This document shows positions 30,491-38,064 of a DNA stretch of 64,000 bases, piece by piece; position 1 is the stretch's first letter; the number at the start of each line of letters is the position of its first letter. The stretch is from an uncultured Actinomycetes bacterium. GTDB taxonomy: Bacteria > Actinomycetota > Thermoleophilia > Solirubrobacterales > Solirubrobacteraceae. The position numbers and the translations under genes were made by a program. A model generated the notes under the pieces. That model made no database searches. It saw only the letters and a program-made list of their open reading frames with translations, and had not been told where the DNA came from. Where the stretch lies: positions 42,284 to 106,283 of the forward strand of contig CAWKOS010000003.1 in the NCBI GenBank assembly GCA_963851295.1, written 5' to 3'.

Positions 30491-31828
30491 CTAGTCCCCG
30501 GCGCGCGGCGCGAGCAGGCCGCCGGTCGCGACCGCCCAGAGGGCGCCGGCGCCGAGCAGCGCCCACGGCCAGTCGAGGAGGTTCGCCAGCGGGAAGGCGG
30601 CGACCGCGGGCGCGAGCAGCCACGCGGTCGCGTTGACGCCGCGCCGCGGATCGACCTCGGTGGCCAGCGTCCAGCCGACGGCGACGTACCACGCAAGCAC
30701 GGCGAGCAGGCCGGCCAGGCCGAGCTCGACCCACTCCTGCAGGCCGAGGTCGTGGGCGAAGCGGGTCGGGATCGGGCGCTCCTCGAGTTGACGCGCGCGC
30801 GTGGCGGCCAGGAAGGTCCCCGCGCCGTAGCCCTGCACCGGACGCTGCTCGGCGGTGTCCAGCGCGGCGCGCCAGATCCCGACGCGCCCGTGGCTCGGAT
30901 CGGCGCCGCACGGCGAGCCGCGGTCGCCGAGCACGACGCCGGCCGTGGCGGCGATCCCCGCGACGGCGACCGCCGCCGTCCACGCCGCGCGGCTCCCGCC
31001 TCCCGCACGCTGCAGGGTGGCGACCGCGACGGGGATCGCCACCGCGGCCAGCGCGAGCGCGCGCTCGCCGCCGCTCGCGCGCGCGAGGTCGCCATGCAGG
31101 GCGAGCGCGCTCGCCGCGCCCCCGGCGATGACGGCCAGCGCGACGGGCCCGACGGCGCGGGCGCGTGGGGCGAGCGCGACGCACGCGGTCACCGCGAGGG
31201 CGCCGAGCCCCACCGCCGAGCGGTTGGCGGTCAGCGCGATCGTGGCGACGAGCAGCCACCCCGCGACCGCCCCGCCGACCGCAACGGCGCGGCTGCGCTG
31301 GCTCGCCACCGCCAGCGCGACGGGCAGCGCGCTCACGCACGCGAGCGCCAGCGCGGGCGGGTACTCGAACGACCCCGCCGGGCGCCAGCTTCCGCAGATG
31401 TCGAGCGACAGCGGGTCCGAGGTCGAGAGCGTCGCGATCAGACCTGCCACCGAGCCCGCGACCGCGACGGCGAGCAGGACGCCGGCGTGCCCCCACGGCG
31501 CGGGCACGCACCCCGCCGCCACGACGATCGCCGCGAGCGCGAGCACCGCGGCGGCGTCGCGGGCGGCGTCGGCCGGCGCGCCGGTCGTCCACGCCGCCGT
31601 CAGCGCCGTGATCGCGGCAAGGGCGGCGAGCGCGAGGACGATCGGATGGCGCGCGGCGCGACCGGCCGCCTCGGGCGCGATCGCGATCGCGGCGAGCGCC
31701 GCGAGGCCGGCCAGGACCGCGACCGTCGCGCGTCCGTCGGCCGTGTAGCCGCCGCGCCAGGCGACGGCCACCGCGACGGCGACGAGCAGTGGCGCCCAGC
31801 GCCACGCCACGCCGCCGCGGACCGTCAT
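30491..31828 (-). CDS. O-antigen-ligase-like (Wzy_C) polytopic membrane protein
   Basis: Many TM segments plus the loop HGRVGIWRAALDTAEQRPVQGYGAGTF...AHDLGLQEWVELG, which is typical of the family. Confidence 0.6.
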   Translation of the reverse strand: MTVRGGVAWRWAPLLVAVAVAVAWRGGYTADGRATVAVLAGLAALAAIAIAPEAAGRAARHPIVLALAALAAITALTAAWTTGAPADAARDAAAVLALAAIVVAAGCVPAPWGHAGVLLAVAVAGSVAGLIATLSTSDPLSLDICGSWRPAGSFEYPPALALACVSALPVALAVASQRSRAVAVGGAVAGWLLVATIALTANRSAVGLGALAVTACVALAPRARAVGPVALAVIAGGAASALALHGDLARASGGERALALAAVAIPVAVATLQRAGGGSRAAWTAAVAVAGIAATAGVVLGDRGSPCGADPSHGRVGIWRAALDTAEQRPVQGYGAGTFLAATRARQLEERPIPTRFAHDLGLQEWVELGLAGLLAVLAWYVAVGWTLATEVDPRRGVNATAWLLAPAVAAFPLANLLDWPWALLGAGALWAVATGGLLAPRAGD

Positions 31829-31837
31829 GCAGTGGGC

Positions 31838-32377
31838 CTAACCCGACTGCGCCTTCTTCATGCAGGCCTGCTGCGCGGTCGCCGCGTCGTCCTGCTGCTT
31901 GGTGAGCGCCGCGTACTGCGCGTCATAGTCCGGCGCGCTCGGATCCAAGGTGGCGATCTGCTGCTGGATCGGGCCCACCTTGGCGTTGTAGGCCGTCTGG
32001 CACGCCTTCTCGGCCTTGGCCTGCCTGGCCACCTTCGCCTTGGCCTTCCCGAACTTCGCCTTGGCGGCCTTCAGGCACGCGGCTCTCTTGGCGCCGGTCT
32101 TCTTCGCGCAGGCCTTCTTGGCGACGAAGTAGGCCGCCTGCGCGCGGCAGCCCTGCGCCTCGGCGAGCTTGTTCGCCGCGCCGTAGTACTTGTCGCACGC
32201 CGCCTTGTTCTTGGGATTGGTCGGCTTCTTCGGAAGCGGACCCCCGTACGCGTCGAGCTTGTTGTTCGTCGCCGGCCCCGCCGGCGCCGTCGTCGCCAGC
32301 ACGATGCCGCCGATCACCAGCATGGCCGCCAGCACGGCCAGCACGCCCCGGCTCCGTCGACCCGATCCGCTTCTCAT
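31838..32377 (-). CDS. Secreted Lys/Ala-rich protein with six Cys
   Basis: Signal/TM segment followed by AACDKYY...CRAQ...KKACAKK...AACLKA...KACQ...QACMKK. Its start lies 9 nt upstream of the ligase-like gene. Confidence 0.5.
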   Translation of the reverse strand: MRSGSGRRSRGVLAVLAAMLVIGGIVLATTAPAGPATNNKLDAYGGPLPKKPTNPKNKAACDKYYGAANKLAEAQGCRAQAAYFVAKKACAKKTGAKRAACLKAAKAKFGKAKAKVARQAKAEKACQTAYNAKVGPIQQQIATLDPSAPDYDAQYAALTKQQDDAATAQQACMKKAQSG

Positions 32378-32433
32378 GGTTACCGCCCCTCTCCTCCGGA
32401 AAGGCGACCGTACCAGGACGCCCGGGCGCGCGC

Positions 32434-32823
32434 CTAGATGTAGTACATCGCCGCGCCCGCCTCGCGCGCCTCGCGCTCGATGACGTCGGCGATGGTCGAC
32501 GCGGCGAGGACGTCGCGGGCGGCGGTGGCGGCGTCGGCGAAGATGCCGGTCGCCTCGCGGCCGAGGGGGCCGTCCAGGAGCTCGACGATCTCGAGGACCG
32601 TGATCTCGTGCGGTGGGCGGCCGAAGGAGTAGCCGCCCTTGACCCCCCGCTGGGAGCGCAGGATGCCGGCGCGGCGCAGGACGGCGAAAAGCTGCTCGAG
32701 GAACTGGACCGGGATGTCGCGCTTGCGGGCGAGCTCGCCGATCGGGACCGGGCCCTCGCCGGAGCGGCCGAGCTCGGCCAGGGCGCGGAGGGCGTAGGGG
32801 CTCTTGGTCGTGATCGAGAGCAT
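32434..32823 (-). CDS. Rrf2-family transcriptional regulator
   Basis: MLSITTKSPYALRALAELG...IPVQFLEQLFAVLRRAGILRSQRGVKGGY. Confidence 0.85.
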   Translation of the reverse strand: MLSITTKSPYALRALAELGRSGEGPVPIGELARKRDIPVQFLEQLFAVLRRAGILRSQRGVKGGYSFGRPPHEITVLEIVELLDGPLGREATGIFADAATAARDVLAASTIADVIEREAREAGAAMYYI

Positions 32824-32911
32824 CGGTCCTCGGGCGATCGTATGGCACCGGTCGCGGGTGGCGCCGCGCCGCGGCCGAACCCGCGCCGGCTCGCGTGCTA
32901 AGACCGGGCCG

Positions 32912-33739
32912 ATGAGCTCCTGGCGCAGGCTGACCCGAGGCGGCGTCCGCATGGCCTGCCGCGATTTCGGCGGCGAAGGCCAGGCGGCGCTGTTGCTGCA
33001 CGGCCTCGCGGGACACGCCGAGGAATGGACGCAGACCGCGTCATGGTTGACGCAGCGCTGCAAGGTGCTCGCGCCCGATGCGCGCGGGCACGGGCGCAGC
33101 GAGCGCGCGCCCGACGACGTGTCCCGGGCCGCCCAGGTCGCCGATGCGTCGTTCGTCGCGGAGCGCCTCGGGCTGTCCCCCGTGGTCCTGGTGGGTCAGT
33201 CGTTCGGAGGGCTGACGGCGCTGTCGCTGGCGGCCGAGCGCCCGGACCTGGTGCGTGGTCTCGTCGTCGTGGACGCGAGCCCGGCAGGCTCACGCGAGGA
33301 CGCCGAGGCCGCGGCGCGCGACCTCGGCGATGCACTGCGGCGCTGGCCCGTGCCCTTTGCTTCGCGCGCGGCGGCCGAGGCGTTCTTCCAGCAGCGCTTC
33401 GGCGGGCGGCTCGCCGCCTCGGCGTGGGCCGACGGCCTGGAGCAGCGCGACGGCGGGTGGTGGCCGCGCTTCGACGTCGACGTCATGACCCGCATGCTGC
33501 GTGCCGCGCTTGCAGAGCCGAGCTGGGACGCCTGGGAGCGCATCGCCTGCCCGACGCTGATCGTGCGCTCCGGCGACGACGTCGTCGAGCCCGGCGTCGC
33601 CCGGGAGATGGTGGAGCGTCAGCCTCGCGCCCGGCTCGTCGAGATCGCGGACGCCGGCCACGACGTCCACCTGGACAGGCCCCACGAGTGGCGCGAGGCG
33701 CTCGAGGACTACCTCGACGGCCTTGTCCCTACGGCGTGA
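32912..33739 (+). CDS. Alpha/beta-fold hydrolase
   Basis: LLLHGLAGH...GHGRS...LVGQSFGG...DAGHDVHLD (nucleophile elbow GQSFG). Confidence 0.8.
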   Translation: MSSWRRLTRGGVRMACRDFGGEGQAALLLHGLAGHAEEWTQTASWLTQRCKVLAPDARGHGRSERAPDDVSRAAQVADASFVAERLGLSPVVLVGQSFGGLTALSLAAERPDLVRGLVVVDASPAGSREDAEAAARDLGDALRRWPVPFASRAAAEAFFQQRFGGRLAASAWADGLEQRDGGWWPRFDVDVMTRMLRAALAEPSWDAWERIACPTLIVRSGDDVVEPGVAREMVERQPRARLVEIADAGHDVHLDRPHEWREALEDYLDGLVPTA

Positions 33740-34220
33740 TGTCGATGCGGAACGGCTGGTCCTCGCACCAGCCCTCGAGCTGGTTGCCCATCGTCGAGCC
33801 GGCGCCGCGGTTGTCGGACGGATCGATGTACCGGACGTCGGCGCCCGCCCCGCCCTCGCGGCTCATGGCCGGCGGATACTCATCACGATCCTTGTCCGAG
33901 CGCGGCGGGTAGTCGGCAAGCGACGCCGCACGGTGGGCGTCCTCGTCGGCGCGGTCGATGTGCAGCAGGCTCGGCTGGCCGTCGGCGATGGCGTCGGAGA
34001 GGTGGTCGGTCGTCTCCGGGTACTTGCTCGAGGAGAGCGTGACGTGGACGGAGTTGTGCTGGCTCTGGCACGCCGCCGCGCGGGCGACGTCGTGGGCGGT
34101 GACGGACGGGAGCGCTGCGGCACCGGCGCTCGTGAGCGCGGTGGCCGCGAGGACGGCGGCGAGGCGGAGGCGAAGGCGCAAGGCGGGCTCCTGGTGGAGA
34201 GGTCGGGCCGGCCCGCCCAT
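33729..34220 (-). CDS. Secreted NucA/NucB-like deoxyribonuclease (tentative)
   Basis: Signal peptide. DRDEYPPAMSREGG...DNRGAG resembles the DEYPFA...EGG motif of the NucA/NucB family. Confidence 0.5.
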   Translation of the reverse strand: MGGPARPLHQEPALRLRLRLAAVLAATALTSAGAAALPSVTAHDVARAAACQSQHNSVHVTLSSSKYPETTDHLSDAIADGQPSLLHIDRADEDAHRAASLADYPPRSDKDRDEYPPAMSREGGAGADVRYIDPSDNRGAGSTMGNQLEGWCEDQPFRIDITP

Positions 34221-34360
34221 ACCCCCGCCCGCGCGCGCGACGCCTCACGGTGTCACGCGACGAGTTGGCGCGTTCGCGCCCTGACACGCGCGGTGGCGAG
34301 GTCAGGGCGCGGCGTAGTAGCAGCGCTCGCGCCGTCGCGGCGCGAGCGCGGAACGCCGGC

Positions 34361-35455
34361 CTACAGCCAGCCGCGCTCGGTGGCGATGAGGACGGCCTGG
34401 GCGCGGTCGACCGCGCCGAGCTTGCCGTAGATGTTGTGCAGGTGGGTGCGCACGGTGCTCGTCGAGAGGGCGAGCTCGTGGGCGATCTGCTTGTAGACCT
34501 TGCCCTCGGCGAGGCGCTTGAGGACCTCGAGCTCGCGCGTGGAGAGCGGGCAGGGGTCGATCTGGCGGGTGCGCTGGCCGGCCGGGTAGGGCAGGTCGTA
34601 CATGACGCTGCGCAGCTCGGTCGGGCCGAGGCCGACGGTGCGGGCGCACTTCAGCAGCTCGGTCGGGCTGACGGCGCTGCCCTGCGAGTAGTGGGCGAGC
34701 ATGTCGCCGAGGCGGACGAAGGCGGCCTCGCCGACGGCGTCGTCGGCGTGGTGGCGCTCGATGACCGAGGCGACCGACTTGGGCAGGCCCCAGCGGCGGG
34801 CGAGGACGCCGCCGACCAGCGAGTGGTCGACGCCGAGCTCGCGGCGCTCGCGGTGGATGCGCTCCTCAGGCGTGCGCGCGTTGCCGTGCACCTGGCCGGG
34901 ATAGCCCGGGTAGGCGTGCATGAGGACGAGCTTGCCGATGTCGTGCAGCAGCGCCGTGACCATCAGGCGGTCGCGGTACTCGTAGCCGGCCTCGATGGCG
35001 AGGCGGTCGGCGGCGCGCTGGGTGGCGACGCCGTGCAGGCGGAAGCGCTCGGGCGCGGCGTCCCAGACGGACGAGCGCTCGAAGAAGTCGAAGGTGCGGG
35101 CGCGGGCAGCGAGGCCCTGCACCGCCTCGGGCGACAGCAGCTCGACGGCCTCGACGACCGACTCGACGCGGCCGCGCGAGCGACCCTCGACCTGGTTGGC
35201 CAGGCGCAGGACGGCGATCACGAGGGCGACGTCGGACTCGACGGCGGCGACCACGTCGCCGGGCGAGATGCGCTCGGCGGTGACGAGGCGCAGCAGGCGG
35301 TCGCGCGACTCGGCCAGCGCCGGGAAGTTCTCCAGCGCCTCGAAGGCAGCCGTGAGCCGGCGGCCGTGGCCTTCGTTGTGGCGGCGCTGTGCGCCGGCGG
35401 CCTCGGTGGCGGTGGGTCGAATGGGCTTGACGTTGGCGGAGGCGGGCGGGGTCAT
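34361..35455 (-). CDS. HDOD-domain protein fused to a LuxR-type HTH
   Basis: HDOD pattern (DVALVIAVLRLAN, LLHDIGKLVL, LGVDHSLVGGVLARRWGLP, IERHH). The C-terminus reads LSTRELEVLKRLAEGKVYKQIAHELALSTSTVRTHLHNIYGKLG. Confidence 0.75.
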   Translation of the reverse strand: MTPPASANVKPIRPTATEAAGAQRRHNEGHGRRLTAAFEALENFPALAESRDRLLRLVTAERISPGDVVAAVESDVALVIAVLRLANQVEGRSRGRVESVVEAVELLSPEAVQGLAARARTFDFFERSSVWDAAPERFRLHGVATQRAADRLAIEAGYEYRDRLMVTALLHDIGKLVLMHAYPGYPGQVHGNARTPEERIHRERRELGVDHSLVGGVLARRWGLPKSVASVIERHHADDAVGEAAFVRLGDMLAHYSQGSAVSPTELLKCARTVGLGPTELRSVMYDLPYPAGQRTRQIDPCPLSTRELEVLKRLAEGKVYKQIAHELALSTSTVRTHLHNIYGKLGAVDRAQAVLIATERGWL

Positions 35456-35540
35456 GTCGATCGGGTCAGGGCCTTTGCTTGCGTGCTGGGGAGAGCTGAC
35501 CCTCGTACTATCGGCAGGTGTGGACGGGTGTTTGAGCCGC

Positions 35541-35567
35541 CTGCCCGATCGACCTGTGATCGGGCAG
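35541..35567 (-). terminator. 10-bp perfect hairpin just after the gltX stop
   Basis: ctgcccgatc-N7-gatcgggcag lies 5 nt downstream of the gltX stop (35572). No U-tract. Confidence 0.4.
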
Positions 35568-35571
35568 CTTC

Positions 35572-36897
35572 TCAGGTCCGCAGCGCGGCGTCGATGCGCG
35601 ACAGCGACTCGTCGCGACCGAGTACCGCGAGGGTCTCGAAGATGCCCGGCGAGACCGTCGTGCCGGCCAGCGCGACCCGCACCGGCTGGAAGACGTCCTT
35701 GGCCTTGACCCCCCGGGTCTCGACCACGCCGCGCAGCGCCTGCTCGATGTGCTCGGGGTCGAAGGGCTCGGTCCCCTCGAGCGCCGTCCGGGCGTCCGCC
35801 AACGCCTCGCGGCCCCCGTCGGAGAGCCATTTCTCGCGCGCCGCGGGGTCGTCGGCGGGCCCGTCGAAGATGAAGCCGGCCAGCGGCCAGAAGTCCGCCA
35901 GGGTCTGGATCTTCTCCTCGGAGATCGCGACCGCGTCGTGCAGCCCGGCGCGGCCGGTGAACGCCTCCAGGCGGCGCGTGATCTCGTCGGTGCCCAGCTC
36001 GCGCATGTAGCGCCCGTCCATCCAGCGCAGCTTCTGCTCGTCGAAGCGCGCCGGGTTGCGCGACACGCGCTCGATCCGGAAGCGCTTGACGAGCTCGTCG
36101 GTCGGGATGATCGTCTCGTCGTCCTCGTCGCCCCAGCCCAGCAGCGCGAGGTAGTTGCGCACCGCCTCGGGCAGGTAGCCGGCGTCGCGCAGGTCCTGGA
36201 CCGACGCGGCGCCGTGGCGCTTGGACAGCTTCTTGCCGTCGGGCCCGTGCAGGAGCGGCAGGTGCGCGTACAGCGGGGCCTCGGCGCCGAGCGCCTCCAG
36301 GACGAGCAGCTGCTTGGGCGTGTTGGAGAGGTGGTCCTCGCCGCGGATGACGTGCGTGATGCCCGCGTCGAGGTCGTCGACGGCGACCGCGAAGTTGTAG
36401 AGGACGCTGCCGTCGGCGCGGGCGATGACCGGGTCGTCCATGTGGACGTGCTGAAAGGTCGTGTCGCCGCGGATGAGGTCGTGGACCACGGTCTCGCCCT
36501 CGTCGGGGACGCGCAGGCGCACGGCGCCCTCGCCCTCAGGCTCGCCGCGGAAGCCGCGCTCGGCGCCGTGGCGCTCCTTGTAGGCCTTGACGTCGTCGCC
36601 GGTGGCGCTCGAGCGGTAGGCGTGGCCGCTCTCGAGCAGGCGCCCGAGGACCTCCTGGTGGCGGTCGCTGCGGGAGATCTGCGAGATCGGGCCCTCGTCC
36701 CAGTCGAGCTCGAGCCAGCGCAGCGCCTCGAGGATCTGCTCGACGTTCTCCGGCGTCGAGCGCTCGCGGTCGGTGTCCTCGATGCGCAGGACGAAGGTGC
36801 CGCCCTGCCCGCGCGCGAGCAGCCAGTTGTAGAGCGCGGTGCGCGCCCCGCCGATGTGCAGCTGGCCGGTCGGGCTGGGGGCGAAGCGGACGCGCAT
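35572..36897 (-). CDS. gltX: Glutamate-tRNA ligase
   Basis: RFAPSPTGQLHIGGART (HIGH) and KLSKRHG (KMSKS). Confidence 0.95.
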   Translation of the reverse strand: MRVRFAPSPTGQLHIGGARTALYNWLLARGQGGTFVLRIEDTDRERSTPENVEQILEALRWLELDWDEGPISQISRSDRHQEVLGRLLESGHAYRSSATGDDVKAYKERHGAERGFRGEPEGEGAVRLRVPDEGETVVHDLIRGDTTFQHVHMDDPVIARADGSVLYNFAVAVDDLDAGITHVIRGEDHLSNTPKQLLVLEALGAEAPLYAHLPLLHGPDGKKLSKRHGAASVQDLRDAGYLPEAVRNYLALLGWGDEDDETIIPTDELVKRFRIERVSRNPARFDEQKLRWMDGRYMRELGTDEITRRLEAFTGRAGLHDAVAISEEKIQTLADFWPLAGFIFDGPADDPAAREKWLSDGGREALADARTALEGTEPFDPEHIEQALRGVVETRGVKAKDVFQPVRVALAGTTVSPGIFETLAVLGRDESLSRIDAALRT

Positions 36898-36916
36898 TGC
36901 TGTAGGACTCTAGGCA

Positions 36917-37777
36917 ATGCTCATCGGTGCCCACGTCTCCCCCGCCGGCGGCCCGGCGAACGCCATCGCCCGCGGCGTCGAGAAGGGCTGCGACGCGATC
37001 CAGATCTTCAACCAGAACCCGCGCGCCTGGAAGCCGACGGTCTACAGCGACGACCAGGTCGCCGAGTTCCGCGCCGCGATGGACAAGAGCCGCGTCGACG
37101 CGCTGCTCATCCACGCCGTCTACCTCCTCAACCCGGCCAGCGACGAGAAGGAGTTCCGCGACAAGACGCTCGCGTCGCTCATCGCCTCGCTGCGCGCCGG
37201 CGACGCGCTCGGCGCCCACGCCGTCGTCCTGCATCCCGGAAGCGCCAAGGCCGGCAAGGTCGGGCCGGCCATCAAGCGCGCGGGCAAGGTCATCGCGCGG
37301 GCGCTGCGCGAGAGCGACCGCTGCCCGCTGCACCTCGAGAACACCGCGGGCGCCGGCGGCACCCTCGGGCGCTCGTTCGAGGAGCTGGCCGAGCTCATCG
37401 ACGTCGCCGGCGGCGACCAGCGCCTCGGGGTCTGCCTGGACTCCTGCCACCTCTACGCCTCGGGCTTCGACATCCGCACCGAGGAAGGGCTCGCCCAGGC
37501 CCTCGACGACTGCGTGGAGATCGTGGGGGCCGATCGCGTCGGCTCGCTGCACCTCAACGACTCCAAGGAGCCGCTGGGCTCCAACCGCGACCGCCACGCC
37601 GACGTCGGCGAGGGCGAGCTCGGCAACCGGGGCTGCGCGGTCTTCCTCTCCGAGCCGCGCTTCCAGGGCCTGCCGCTCGTGCTCGAGACCCCAGGGCCCG
37701 ACCGTCAGGGGCCCACGAAGGCGGAGATCACGCGGACGCGGCGGCTGCGCAGTCAGGGCATCAGACGACGCAGTTAG
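36917..37777 (+). CDS. nfo: Endonuclease IV (deoxyribonuclease IV)
   Basis: IGAHVS..., IHAVYLLN, VLHPGS, LENTAG, CLDSCH, HLNDSK. Confidence 0.9.
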   Translation: MLIGAHVSPAGGPANAIARGVEKGCDAIQIFNQNPRAWKPTVYSDDQVAEFRAAMDKSRVDALLIHAVYLLNPASDEKEFRDKTLASLIASLRAGDALGAHAVVLHPGSAKAGKVGPAIKRAGKVIARALRESDRCPLHLENTAGAGGTLGRSFEELAELIDVAGGDQRLGVCLDSCHLYASGFDIRTEEGLAQALDDCVEIVGADRVGSLHLNDSKEPLGSNRDRHADVGEGELGNRGCAVFLSEPRFQGLPLVLETPGPDRQGPTKAEITRTRRLRSQGIRRRS

Positions 37778-37837
37778 GGCGCCGCGTCTGGGGGTACACA
37801 AGAGTCCGCAACTCCCTCCGCCCCCGGTCCCCAGTGT

Positions 37838-37857
37838 GTGCGGTGGTGCACCACCGC
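37838..37857. repeat. Perfect 20-nt palindrome in the nfo-dnaE spacer
   Basis: tgcggtggtgcaccaccgca is its own reverse complement. Confidence 0.8.
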
Positions 37858-38064
37858 AGACAGTGCGAAGGCGACCCCCCGCCCCCGGTCCAGCGGTAGA
37901 GCGAGGGGTCGCTCGCGCGAAAGTAGCGAAACCGCTGCCCCACGTGGGGGGGATTTTTCGCTTCTGCATAGGAAAAAGGCTCATCCTCGGTGCCTTTTGG
38001 CACCGAAGATCGCTTTTCGGTCATCTGGCGCCGACGCGCCAAGTAGCCATTGGCTACGTCGTGG

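Noticed and set aside
37886-37901. The tRNA-like D-arm string ggtccagcggtagagc in the nfo-dnaE spacer
   Set aside because: I could not build an acceptor stem, anticodon arm or T-arm (GTTCRANYC) around it.
37900-37935. Possible fourth, degenerate copy of the 68-nt repeat (ggtcgc...gcgaaag)
   Set aside because: Only short GC-rich words match. The similarity is not clearly above background by eye.
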